Assembly (NCBI GenBank): GCA_043228905.1
Contig: JBHGNT010000008.1
Span: 19,220,001 to 19,284,000, forward strand
Reading direction: 5' to 3'
Length of the DNA stretch: 64,000 bases
Source of the DNA: Azolla caroliniana
Taxonomy: Eukaryota > Plantae > Polypodiophyta
Shown: one piece after another, positions 39,801-52,536 of the stretch
Layout: every line of letters begins with the position of its first letter
Position numbering within the stretch: the first letter of the stretch is position 1
The notes under the pieces: model-generated
Databases searched by the model: none
Seen by the model: only the letters and a program-made list of their open reading frames with translations
What the model was told of the DNA's origin: nothing
Translations under genes and position numbers: made by a program

Positions 39801-42800
39801 GAACTCCATTGAGAAAAAAGTGTTTGGGAGCATTCTTACACACTCATGTAGTCGATTGACTTGATGGAGCTAAAGAAAGTGGTGATGGTTCCTTGTTGAT
39901 TAGGTTTTGTGGTTATATACATTGTCATCCAACAATCTATTTGTCTCTTGATTTCATTCCATTTCTTTGTGGAGTGGGCCAAAGCCTTCTTTGCAGAGGC
40001 AATGGTATCTCCCCCCTTATTTCCTTACAAGCTCCGCAATGGCAAAAACCTAATGTTCCTCTGCTTCCACATCCCAATGGCATACTTAGCACATTGTTTT
40101 TCGACAGATTTGCATGCATATTTGCAACTCTCATTTTCTAGATGATGCAAAGAGATTTTAAGCTCTCCTATTACACTGCGGAGTTGCATGAGACCCATGA
40201 GGATCAACAAGACCTATGGTCAGAGCTGTTAGAAAAGAGGTAATTAAAACAATAGTAGAAAGAATATTTCTACAAAAATATTTCTACAGAAGATGAAGTT
40301 AAGTAATGAGTTCAATCACACAATAGGAGCTTTTAAAGATTTATACATGACCTCTATATGCAGAGGAATGGAAGTTTCTAGAGTTTCTAAAATAGATTTT
40401 CTAAAACTAGACACTTCTTCTACACCATAGATTTTGCATGGCTATGCCCTTTTCAATAATTATGAACAGCCTACGTATTATATAATATTATAGAATATCA
40501 AATCGAACCTAAAATACTAACAAGAACAATCATTTCTAAGCACTCTCTCCAATTCTTGGGAATTTTATTGTTTCAAACTTCCACGAGTTTTAGTTGATAA
40601 AAAGGCATGCCTATGTAGGGTCATTGGGTACACAGCAACACTGCATAGTCTTGTATCGGGTCTTTAAGAGCATCCCACTCTGGGGAATCTCATGTTCATG
40701 TGAGTTGCATGTAGATCACATGTTCTCTTCAGCAGGAGGCACATCCCACCAAACCATTTAGAGAGCATTGCTAAGCACTCTCTCCAATTCTTGGGAATTT
40801 TATTGTTTCAAAATTCCACGAGTTTTAGTTGAGAAAAAGACATGCCTAGGTAGGGTCATTGGCTACACAGCAACACTGCATAGTCTTGTATTGGGTCTTA
40901 GAGAGCATCCCACTCTAGGGAATCTCATGTTCATGTGAGTTGCATGTAGATCACATGTTCTCTTCAGCAGGAGGCACATCCCACCAAACCATTTACCTCC
41001 AATCGCTACTCTCTATGATCTTTTTCTCATCAGGACCAACATGAGGGAGGAACAATGGAAGCTGCATATATAGATGCTGGCACATCCATCGTTGCAAAGA
41101 AAGTCCAGCTATAAAAAATAACTACTCCGTAGTCATAGGGGCTGAAGGTAGTTGGTAATTTTATGGGTACCATCGTAAGCATCAAAATATCTTCGTAAAA
41201 TTGCGTTAAACTGATTCAATACTTCTTGTTAGACAAGGTGATTATAGGTATTTTGCATAAAAAAGAGATCATACTAGGTAGCCGTTCGCTGCCACATGTA
41301 TCCGTCACATTTTCAACAATGGCTGCACCACCACCACCACTCAAAACCAACTGGGCAAGCTCTACTGTATGCTTGCAAACTTCCCTAACCACAATCGCTG
41401 TGTTTCTTCGAACTTGAGGATCACTGTCTTTTAATGACATGAAGATGGCCGGAAACACACCAGCAGCAACTACAATCTGCAAATAATGTTCAGGCATAGA
41501 AAGTAGAAAATATTCGAAGACGAGACTGTTTTAGAGAATCACTACTTGGGTCAGCAACTGACTGAAAATGGAGACTTACTTTTGCCAAGTCCACAGAATG
41601 CTTTGCAATTGAGCCTAACAGATAGCATGCCTTCAGACAAAACACCATGGTTAATTATCAGTTCATATGAACATAATAAACAAGTTAAAGAGTTCCGTTT
41701 ATCTCCCAAGTCAAAGTAATCAATGAGCAGAGATAAGCTTGCGCAGCCAACCACTGGCTCCGCAACTGACTAGCATCTCCATGTTTAGCTGAGCTAGACC
41801 TTTCCATAAAAAAATCTCAAGCTTGAAATCAAAATGTCAAGAACATCACCACCTATGTAAATTCAAGAGCCTTTTCCAGTTCTAGGAATCTTATTTCTAG
41901 CTTGGAAGGATATCATGCAGTTTTTTGTCACAAAATGTGCAGAATTAGGACTGATTACATTGACCACAGCCAATGAGTGTAATATTTGGAACTTGAGAAA
42001 TTTTCGTGAATCCAATGTCAAACAGATTTGTATTTCCACATTAAAATCCCGAAAATAATGCGATTAAGATAACATTCCATCACTCGTGTGTTTATAAGCA
42101 ATAATGATTTCAACCATCTTTAGGTTATTTACACACTTTGACAGGAAGATTAGAAAAATGAAAGCTTTCAGGTGCTGTGAGGAAGGTTCTTACTTGGCGT
42201 TTCAACCTAGCATCAATGTGGGTAGTTAGAGGCACAATCAAAGGTACTGCACTTGCATCTATCACAGCTTGTGCAGTATTAGGACCATGTTTTGCTATTT
42301 CTGCTAATGCCAACACGCTAGTACGTCGTAGTTGAATATCTGACTCCTGAACAAGATAAGAGAAAATAAAATTCATCAGTCCACCCAAAAATATTCCTCA
42401 TTTCTTACCCTCTTTTTCCCCAGTCCAAGGTGTTGAACTAGATTTTTTAAAATTTGATATTACACAATTGTCAGATTATTGTTGTAAACTTAGGGGTCTG
42501 CAAGATGTGAGCTATGAAGTCACCTAGGACAAAGCTACATACACTAATGGTAAATAACAAAGTTCGTTTTGTTAGATTTATCATGACTTTTAAGGCCCAA
42601 GAAACAGTGGTCCTAAGTTAGAACTATTGTGATAACATTTCGAAGCCTAAGATGTCTGATAAGAGAACAATGTCATCCTCATATAGCAAAATTTATATGA
42701 TCAAAGATCCTTTCAGAGATGCACCATCCCCTTATCAATGGCTCACGACTATGGGCAAACGTGACATCTGACTATATTTACTCACTTGACAGTAGTCTTG

Positions 42801-44580
42801 GAGTCACTGGTTGGCTGGTTTACACATTTCAAGCATTCATTCCATCCGTTTTGACAGTAACAAAGTCCATTATCTGTTAAATGCGTTAGATTATATCTAC
42901 TTGCAGATCTATGAAGTATTTACAAGCTTATCCTTTATAGTAACATACACAGTCTTGTTCATATCACCATTGCTTCATATATGCTTAATATGTTGCTACC
43001 ACAAACTTCTTAATATTCCTTTTCTTTAACCTTTCGCATAGAAAACTTGTGTACTTTTGAAAAGAAGAACAGTTTTCTCTCACTACTTTGAACTTCTTTC
43101 AGTTTTTCTTCAAATATTTCCTAATATTTTCTTCCATATGTAAGACTTGATTGCAGAAGCAAAGGAGGCAGGAAAAAATGAATTTTAATCATACAATATT
43201 ATTCCCCATGCGTTTACATTCGAGACTCATGAAGACATGATAAACATTTCCAACTCCAAATAGAACATTAAAAACAACTAACCTGCATAGAAAGGACTAA
43301 TAGTGGAATGGCACAAGCATCCACCACAACCGCAGCAAGTTTTGAATTGTGTCTAGCAATATTTCCCAGTGCAGAAGCTCCGATTTCTTTGACAACTGGA
43401 TCAAATTCCTCAAGACAGAGCATTAATTGCCGTACAGCACCAACATCTACAACAGCTTGAGCAAGTTCTGGAGTATGCTTGGCAATGGCATTCAACACAT
43501 GAGCTGCTGGCTTTTTACTGTATCTATCAAGCTCCCTGAAACAACAAGATGTGGGCCATGACCATAATACTTTCACTTCAACATTACACAAGTAATCATT
43601 TTTCTATAATCTCGCTACAAACCAAAGGAAAAGAAAATTTCAAACAAATGCTCATGTTATCCTCTTGATTTAAGAATTGTGTATTTTCAGGGTTATGTCC
43701 ATTTCCACACGAAAAGAATCCTTAATACTTACTTTAATGACTGGACAGCTTGAAGATGAATGCCCTGCAATACTATTGCCTCTGCAAGGTCTTCACTGAA
43801 ATTGGCGAGCCGTGCAAGTGCCAGAGAAGCAAATTGTTGAACCTGTGGAACCGTGTCTACTAATAGAGGCTTCAAAAACTCCATTACTTGGGTATTATAC
43901 AGAACCTCTGCATTCTGCAAAGAAAATATATTTTAATATAGAATATTGAAGAATGTATCAAAGAAGCTATCAAAAGACTTGTAACTGGAACAAATGAACA
44001 TATATGCACATAACTAGACATTAAAGGACAAATCCAGATAAATAAAGATCTTTCTTTCCATGACAAGAATTGGAGGTTTTATAAGTAGAGACATTTTATG
44101 ACACAATACATCCATGGTTTTTTGTGACATTTTTTGACACAATACATTCCATGGTTTTTTGTTTGTGTTTTTGAAGAAACCAACTTTCATGTTCTAATGT
44201 ATCTTTGGAATACATGATCAATAAAGTTTTGCAAGTGGGAGCTTCACCACCCAAATGCAGGAGGAGAATGCTTGAAAAGTGAAGTGGTCCAGAAACTCCT
44301 TGGCAAACATAAACATAACACAAAACAGAGGAAATCTGACATGAATGAAGAAAATCGAGTAAACACAAAGCGCGATGAAGACACAAAAACAGGAATTAAA
44401 ACAGAAGGGATGGAGGGGAAAAGACAGGTTTGATATATGAATGGACAAAAAAATGCAAAGTAAAAAGAAGAAGGAGAAAACCTGGGGTTTAGAGGCAAGC
44501 TCTGAGACAGACTGAACAAAGGAGAGGCGAGATTTCTGATAGCTCTCCAAAACGCTTAGGATTGATCTTGTAGTGGCCAT
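33820..44580 (-). CDS. SPAG6: Axonemal central-pair armadillo-repeat protein PF16/SPAG6, 8 exons, ~516 aa
   Basis: Exons 44482-44580, 43733-43914, 43283-43535, 42194-42346, 41580-41630, 41275-41476, 34316-34644 and 33820-34101 join in frame. Motifs: YQKSRLSFVQSVSELASKPQN, LALARLANFSEDLAEAIV, IAKHTPELAQAVVD, CLEEFDPVVKE, EEEDHIKSA, RFVTSGG, YPIEIVHYYSPEYS. Confidence 0.95.
34760..35580 (+). mobile_element. Decayed RTE-like LINE fragment in SPAG6 intron 6
   Basis: Remnants (FKYLSV, YGVEVWG, FLRRKLGVKS, ETSTRPIE, SHKLG-like) parallel the minus-strand element at 36.2-38.2 kb. Confidence 0.75.
36211..38250 (-). mobile_element. 5'-truncated RTE/RTEX-like LINE (RT plus C-terminal Cys/His motif), frameshifted
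   Basis: ORF fragments WIKPIFKAGDKNQVSNYRTI, LYCCFVDFKKAFDSIP, VKQGCPQSPTLFGL, NVEKTKMM, KYLG, RSHKLGIE and CKVCNEGMVEDECHLLFTC. The 3' end is GATAAAAATTCTAATTCTAATTCTA, a tandem-repeat tail typical of the RTE group. Confidence 0.9.
40536..40995. repeat. ~225-bp tandem duplication (period 235) in SPAG6 intron 6
   Basis: CTAAGCACTCTCTCCAATTCTTGGG...CCACCAAACCATTTA occurs at 40536 and 40771 with few mismatches. Confidence 0.95.
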
Positions 44581-44769
44581 GGTGGATCGCTCCTCATCCA
44601 GGCAGGCAACAGAGAAAACAGAGAACAGAAACAGGGGAAGAAATATATATATCTATATTATGTATATCAATGAATATCTTCAGCCTGTTCAGAAATGGCA
44701 GTTATAATTGTTGCTCCCTTCTAAAAACTCTTACCTATTCAAGGATTTCTGTGAAATGGCATACCATAC

Positions 44770-45550
44770 TGCAACAATTGGCAACGGTTCGGTTCCAAAC
44801 CGAACCGCAGCACCACGGTTTTACGGTTTAAACGGTTCGGTTCGGTTCAGGTTCAGGTTCAAGTTTTTGTAAACGGTTCGGTTCAGGTTCACGTTTTCGT
44901 AAACAATTCGGTTTTAATGGTTTAAAACTGCGGTTTAAACAGTTTGATGGTTTTTCCGAATCGAACTGCAACACCACGGTTTTGCGGTTTAAACGGTTCG
45001 GTTCAGGTTCAAGTTTTCGTAAACAGTTCGGTTTTAATGGTTTAAAACTGCGGTTTAAACAGTTTGATGGTTTTTCCGAACCGAACCGCAACACCACGGT
45101 TTTACGGATTAAACGGTTCGGTTCAAGTTCAAGTTTTTGTAAACAGTTCGGTTTTAATGGTTTAGAACTGCGGTTTAAACAGTTTGATGGTTTTTTTTAT
45201 TAGTAATTTTAAATTTTAAAAATAAAAATAAAAAGAATTATTATTATTCATTTTTTAAACAACCTTTTTATTTTTAAGCCTAATTCTCATATTTTAGGAA
45301 AAATCTTGAAAATCTTGACAAATTAAAATTTGAAATAATAATAAATTTTAAAATTTTAATTTTGACGAAAACCGAAACTGAACAATGACACTGCCAGTTG
45401 TAGTGGTTTAATGGTTTAACAGTTTGGATTTTGACCAAATGTTTCGGTTTTAATGGATTCATGGTTCGGTTTAGGTTTCAAGATTGTTAAACGGTTCAGT
45501 TCCAAACCAGTTTCGACACTTGAACCGAACCGAACCATTGCCGATTGTTA
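44770..45550. mobile_element. hAT-like MITE upstream of SPAG6 with internal ~120-bp tandem repeats
   Basis: Ends AACAATTGGCAACGGTTCGG / CCGAACCATTGCCGATTGTTA, with flanks TACCATAC / AACCATAC (7/8 match). Three internal units start near 44811, 44972 and 45092. Confidence 0.85.
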
Positions 45551-47258
45551 AACCATACATACATACATATGCATACATCATTCATACACATGCATACATA
45601 TGTATGTTTTGTGGGGTTCACAACACGAAAAAGATGTTAAGTGGGTTCTGAAAAAAATATCCTCAATGAAAGAGAACCTTTTTGAAAGACCCGATCCTCT
45701 GCGTTTTCAATGTAACAAAACATGGTGGACGGAGAGACAGGCCAGTATGAATGAATCCGATGCTTTGAGTTTTCTGAAGCGAAACCATTGTTGACGACTA
45801 TGCCCATTTTTAGTTGGATGCTTCTAATCTAGTTCATGTTAGAGCCCATACTGTTGCTTCCATGATACTTAGTTCACACTTAATATGATAATAAAATTCT
45901 CTCTCTCTCTCTCTCTCTCTCGACCAGGTGCTTGACATTATGAAATGGTTTAAGAGATGGGGAGACGAAGATCTATTGGAACTCTCGGGTGATGCTATGA
46001 AGTATGTGATCATCAAGGATACATTATTAGAGGCACTAATGATGAAGTGACAAGATGCTAAAATGTGAAAATTGGACATTTGCATTGCAAATATGATCCC
46101 TCAACATTAGCCCCAAAAATGTAAGGTAAAAGTGCTAGAATGTATTCAATTGCATCTCACGAGTCACTACCCCCATGAGCCGTGGCTCTCAAAGAACCCT
46201 ACACTTTTCTCTAAACTCGCTCATAATGTATTCAATTGTATCTATATCGTACATATTGTGAATATGAGATGAAAGGAAAAGGGATTCAGTTACACAAAAA
46301 TCACAAATATGACTGGCTTTGATATTATTTAGTTCCCCGGCCTTGTTCTGTAATTGTGGGAGATGCAACAAATCTCATCATCATTTGCTTGTTCATTCCT
46401 TCTCCAAGAACTCACTCTATATTTGATTATGATACGGGCATCATGTAATACCAAAGCAATCTTCAAGAATAAAAGTGCATTTTCTAAATCAATAATAGCC
46501 CTTCCGCATCTAAATCCGTATAAATATCTTTAATAATATGGAGATGGGGTTCCTAATAACCTGAATATGCGCTTATAATTGGTAATCACACATGCAAAAG
46601 ATTTATATACAAATTGCATCATGATACACAATAAATAAAGCAATCATTAAATAAACCTTTGCTCACCTTACTTACCATAATTTTTCAATTGCATCGACAA
46701 GGCTTGCACATTGTACTCCAAACCAAAATAGCATCAATTTAATTCTAATTTTCAATAAATGCAGCTCTCGACGAGACAGAAGAACACACATAGATCCACA
46801 AAACACATATGCAAAATGATTCAGTGGCCTGATATTCTGAGGTATTTCTGGAATTGTTTCATTTTCGGCCCTTTCAAGTAGAGAACTAAATGAGATCTAG
46901 ATGCATTGATGCACACATTGTCAGGAATTTTGGGTCCCATAAGGCAACAAAATGAGATAAACTGACACAATTGTCCTACTGATGTAGGCACACACATAAG
47001 TTTGGTACAAGCTTCACATATGCAACTATTATCGTTCATCCCGACTGATAGTTACTTTTTATCTTCCATCATGGTCTTGAGCTCTCATACACTGAGCTTT
47101 TACATGTTTCATCCCAATTAGTGGTTTTTTTTTTGCCTTCAACATGGTTTTGAACTAGGTTTTTTTACATGCTTCATGCATGTTGAGGAACTAATTATTA
47201 CTTGTATTTCCATATGGTTTTGAGCTCGCACACACATACACACATGAGCATGTACATG

Positions 47259-47313
<55 letters not shown>

Positions 47314-47317
47314 GCCT

Positions 47318-47842
47318 CTATAAGCAATCGCTTTTGTCTTTCATCATGGTTTCGAATTCGGAAAAGTTCACCTGGCCATCGCCATCTTTATCAACATTCT
47401 CAATCATGTTCTCGATGCTTTTCATGCTCGTGATTGACGACGAAATCATCCCGAGTTCAAGAAGTGCAGTCCTCAACTCCTGGGGAGAAATGAAACCATT
47501 CCCATCCTTATCATACACATTAAAAGCTTCTCTCATTTCACCATCATGATCAATATCATCATCATCATCATCACCATCACCATCAATGTTGGGAGCTTTC
47601 GGTGATGCTTTCACACCATATTCTTCTAGAAATTTGTTAAATGTCGCAAACTCTTTGAACTCCAAGTATCCATCTCCATTCCAATCACAGAGTTTCACCA
47701 ATTCAGACAACCTCCCTTTGTTTAGTTGAAAACCCGATTTGTTCATCCATTGGCATATCTCTTCAATGGTGAGAAATCCGTCGTTGTTGGCATCAAAGTC
47801 ATCAAAGATGGCGCGAAGGTCCACAGAACTCATGCTGTACAT
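47318..47842 (-). CDS. Calmodulin-like (CML) protein with 4 EF-hands
   Basis: EF loops DANNDGFLTIEE, DWNGDGYLEFKE, DKDGNGFISPQE and DKDGDGQVNFSE, with an acidic linker before EMREAFNVYD. ATG at 47842 or 47833. A possible 5'UTR intron has an acceptor near 47835 and a donor CCAAG|GTAAAG near 49325. Confidence 0.9.
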   Translation of the reverse strand: MYSMSSVDLRAIFDDFDANNDGFLTIEEICQWMNKSGFQLNKGRLSELVKLCDWNGDGYLEFKEFATFNKFLEEYGVKASPKAPNIDGDGDDDDDDIDHDGEMREAFNVYDKDGNGFISPQELRTALLELGMISSSITSMKSIENMIENVDKDGDGQVNFSEFETMMKDKSDCL

Positions 47843-49461
47843 AGTCCAAACCAACAAGAAATAACTTTGTTATTACAAAAAAAAGACACTGATAGGCAAC
47901 AGAACACAACAAGACATTAGATGCTAAAGCATAGTGTGAGAGTCCCTGTTAATTTGATCTAACCGATTAATTTGATACAGATCAACGAGCTTATTGTACT
48001 AATATTCTTGAAATTTTACATATGAATGTTATGTGTGTAGGGGTAAAAGCTTTTGGATTGCAACAATAATGGTGTAAGTTGGTGTCTGGGGCAACAGACC
48101 CAATGTGGCATTCATTACAAAAATTCTTCAGATTTTCTGTCCCAAGATCATGCCCACATTTGGTTTTCTCTGATGTATAAATCCACTTTCCACAACCAAG
48201 GTTAAAAGCTTTTGAATTGCAACATTAAGGGTGCAACCTAATGTGACATTCATTACAAAAAAATCCTCAGATTTTTTGTCCGAGATCATGCCCACATTCG
48301 GTTCTCTGATGGATAAAATCTAATCTCCACAACTCTGCGAGGGTTGAAGATGATATAGCATTGTCTTAAAACAAAGAGAAATTCTAACAAATTGTGAAAC
48401 CAATTTGATGATCCTTCTATCCAACATTCCCCCAGGAGAACTCTTACAAGATAAATACATATAGATCGATAGTTTTTTCACACTTTCCATACCCATTTAG
48501 CACCATTCTCAAAGCAAAAGAAACAAGGCTAATCAATCCTTGTTCACTCTTCTATTCTTTTCTCTATTCTAATACATTCTCAGAAATATGTAGATCACCT
48601 TCAAGTAGAACAGCTATCAAGTAGCAACCATAGTATCAAAAACTATGATCCGGCGGAAGAGTCAGGATGTGGAGACATATATAAAGGCTACCAAAACCAG
48701 TATACACACTTTCTCTTCGCTACTTACTGATTGGACGGACCGTTATCCAACCAGGTCTATACCCAGGAACTATGAATGTAGATGCTTCTTTTCTCTTCTT
48801 TCACACTCTCTAATACGTGGATTAACCTTCATATAAGTAGTGGGTAGGTCTACTATGGCTTGATTATCGGGGCGATGAACAAAAGTCGTCTGATTGACAT
48901 TGATCAAACTTCTACGCCTGCTTTCTTCGTTGATATATCTATTGCTACTGTTAGATCAATTGTATGTACTCGGGAGATTTGTCTGTATAAAAATGTCAAG
49001 GAAATTCTCCGAAGAGCTTGACTCTAAATGCATACATAAACCCTAAACCCTTCTTCCTCTGTTATTAGGTGAATTTGTGAAATCAGGTGAACTTCATATT
49101 TCCAAATTGTGAAGGGGGCAAAAAACTTCTGTAAGGGAGTACTCGAATATTGACCGAATCTTTCTTGACAGACACTGAATCTCTCTCTCTCACTCACTCA
49201 CTCACTCTCTCCATCTATCTATTTATCAATCTATCTATCTCTCTCTCTCTCACACACACACATACACAAACAAACAAACAAAGAGAAAGGCATACAAATA
49301 GCAAGGAATGGCAAGAAAGCTTTACCTTGGGGATCGAATGCAGGGGAGGCAGATGGAGATGGAGAAGTCCTTGTGTTTTGGTTGTTATGTTGGTAGTAGT
49401 CTAAAACAGAGATATATACATATGTGTATATATATATGTATATATATACATACATACATAT

Positions 49462-49509
<48 letters not shown>

Positions 49510-49556
49510 GTGATGTGCATAATGCATACATTATTTGCCAATGGTGTCATCAGAGG

Positions 49557-49700
49557 AGTAGAATTCCAAAAGAGCACTCCCTGTGTTTGTCACTATATTA
49601 AGTAGAATCTCAAGAGCACTATGTGACAATCATTGTATTAAGTGGAATCCGAAGAGCACTATGTGACAATCATTGTATTAAGTAGAATCCGAAGAGCACA
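49557..49700. repeat. 40-bp tandem repeat (~3.5 copies) followed by (TTTAGGG)3
   Basis: AGTRGAATC..AAGAGCACTATGTGACAATCATTGTATTA occurs at 49601, 49641 and (partial) 49681. Confidence 0.8.
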
Positions 49701-50159
49701 TTGTTTAGGGTTTAGGGTTTAGGGTTTATGAAATAAGAGGGAGATATCATTGTGTCTTTAAACAAGGGTGGAATTTTGAGATAAGGGTGGATCGTTGATC
49801 GGATCGGACTCGTGTATCGACGCTCTTCGTTTACGGGAATCAATGACTACCAGAGAGAAATTATTTGGATCCATTGAACCTCCGCCCAACCACCCTTTGT
49901 CCAGCTTAAATAAGATCCCTCTTCATTCTCTTGTTAGTCCCCCCATATGGTACATGAGTACCCTATGATAGTGAGTGCACTCTAGGGGGGTTCCATCCCT
50001 CGTTAGATTATTGAGTGCACTGTAGTGAGATTCCATCCATCACATAGGTATTACATTATTGAGTGCACTCTAGAGAGATTCCATCCCTCACATTGCACTT
50101 TGGTAATGGTACACATGCCACAAACCCATGACTCACATTAACCGTGTTGTCTTCACTTG

Positions 50160-50904
50160 TGTGTCAAAACCCTAGAAGGGAAGAGTAGAGAAAGGAAAGA
50201 TATACCGAAGACGACCCCACACAAACATGAAGGAGACTCTACACGAGCCCGACGAAGACTCCACGCAAACTCGACGAAAACGAAGAATGGTCAAGAAGAC
50301 TCTGCAAAGAACAAAGTACGAGGAACTCATGATTTCTCTCGAGCTCCTAAACCCCTAGAAGAAGACCACCAAAAACCGAGATGAAAGAAGAAGACGAAGC
50401 GAAGATCAAGAAAAAAATCAAGGACCCAAAAAGAAAATTCAAGGACTTCGTGCAAACTCGATGAAAACAAAGAATAGTCAAGAAGCCTCCACAAAGAACG
50501 AAGAAAGAGGAACTCACGAATGCTCTCGAACTCTCAAACCCGCTGAAGAAGACCATTGAAAACCGAGAAGAAAGAAAACGATGAAGTTCTGAAGACCAAG
50601 AAAAAATCAAGGATCCAAAATAAACCCTTCCTTTCTCTTTTTATAGGGAGGGAGGCACCTGATTTGCATTAAATGCATATGTCCCTTTCCTCATATAAGG
50701 AGTAATTAGAAAGAACTTATTTTAATGTAGCGACTAAGCGCAAATCAAATGCATATGTCCCTTTCCTCATATAAGGAGTAATTAGAAAGAACTTATTTTA
50801 ATGTAGCGACTAAGCGCAAATCAAATGCATATGTCCCTTTCCTCATATAAGGAGTAATTAGAAAGAACTTTTTTTAATGTAGCGACTAAGCGACACACTC
50901 TAAC
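50160..50904 (-). mobile_element. Putative LTR-like remnant containing a 3 x 76-bp tandem repeat
   Basis: The minus strand begins TGTTAGAG, has 76-bp repeats at 50671, 50747 and 50823, a CCTATAAAAAG TATA-like motif and CT-rich duplicated blocks. No TSD was found. Confidence 0.45.
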
Positions 50905-51043
50905 AAAGATTCAAACTTGACACCTCTTACACACATTGAATAACCCTAACTACTAGACCATTCAATTCTTTTATTCTTTATATTGTTGTATGTACATTTT
51001 GGCTCCCTCTTTCTTTTTGCCGCTTTTTCCACGTGCTACACAT

Positions 51044-51085
<42 letters not shown>

Positions 51086-51177
51086 TCTCTCTCTCTCTCT
51101 CTCTTACTTTTCATGCATGTTTCAATCCATCTCACATCTCTCTATTTTTTCCCACTTTCCACCTTTGGCCACACCAC

Positions 51178-52090
51178 TAACAATCGGCAACGGTTCGGTT
51201 CGGTTTGAGAGGGTCCAAACTGAACCATTAAATTTTTTTGAATCCTGAACCAAATCGAGCCGAATCACGAAACTGTTAAACATTTTTCAAATCGTTAATT
51301 AAACCGTAAAAACCATGGTTTCATGGTTTGGTTTCGGTTTTTAACATAGGTCAAATTTTTAATTTTTTAAAATTTATAATATTTCATTTTTAAAATTTTT
51401 TAAGATGTTCCTAAAATGTGAGAATAAGGTCTAAAAATGAAAAGATTGTTTAATGTTGAGAGATCAAGCTCACCTAAAGTTACTTATTTAGTCAACCATG
51501 TAACTTTATAGTTACCTAGATAGAATCTAGTTAGAAGTGTTGACTATAACACCTAAAATAGGACCTTGTGCTTCAATGGGATATTCTAGATCCTCCACTC
51601 CTAAGTACATTTAATATAGGACTTACACTTTTGTACCTAGATTATCCTCACACATGTGCACCCTTGCACATGAAATCTATACATATATACCTCATTGTAG
51701 GTATTTTTGTATTTGATGATGATAATGCTAATTTAATATAGTTACTCATCCCCCATCTTGTGTTGTTCATAAGTGTATCTTCCTCTCTCTCTTCCTCACG
51801 CACACATATCACTTAATCTTCCGCTTATTAACTCAATCACATAATTAGGTACTAATTAACCATTAATTACCTAATTATTAACATTTAAAAACAATTTTAA
51901 AAAAAAATTAAAAATTAAAAAATAATAATAATAAAATAAAAAATTGTTAAACCGTTTAAATCGTGGTTTTTGACTGTTGAAACCGAACTGAACCATTTTT
52001 TAAAACTTAAACCTGAATCGAACCGTTGAAACCGTTAAGTCATGGTTTCGCGGTTTGGTTCGGTTCAAACCGAACCGTTGCCGATTATTA
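51178..52090. mobile_element. hAT-like MITE with a nested solo LTR
   Basis: TIRs TAACAATCGGCAACGGTTCGG / CCGAACCGTTGCCGATTATTA, with 8-bp flanks CACACCAC / CGCACCAC. Confidence 0.88.
51454..51883. mobile_element. Solo LTR (430 bp) nested in the MITE
   Basis: TGTTGA...TTAACA ends with a 5-bp TSD TTTAA on both sides. The MITE copy at 7.3-7.9 kb shows the uninterrupted site. Confidence 0.8.
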
Positions 52091-52536
52091 CGCACCACAT
52101 CACAACACTAACCCCATGGACCACGATCTCACCACCCTTATCATCGACAGATAAAGGCCATCATCTCTTGCTATCGCAGGTGCTTCCCTCACTTTGGAGA
52201 CCTCTCCATTCTAGATAGACCTATGTTAGAGATCTTTCGAAGACAAAAGTCATAATATATCTAACTTTGAGAATCTTACATGTGCCAATAACGATTCTTT
52301 AGTCTCTTTTTATCTTATTTACTTTTATGTTTACTTAGCAACATTTGATTTGTTGTTCTCGAAGACGAGATGTAACAATTAAGATGTAATCTCTTGTTTG
52401 GTCTTTTTACCATTTTGGCCTCTTAAAAGACATTAATATACATATATTTCACTCACTCATTCTCTCTCTCTCTTTGTTTCTTTTTTATTGTAATTAGCTT
52501 ACCTTAGTGGTAAGTTGTACACTTCACGCTCTTCAT

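Noticed and set aside
44828-45203. Repetitive ORFs (EPEPNR...)
   Set aside because: They derive from the internal tandem repeats of the MITE.
49557-49700. CRISPR-like repeat-spacer appearance
   Set aside because: The spacers are duplicates of each other, the context is eukaryotic and there are no cas genes. It is a simple tandem repeat.
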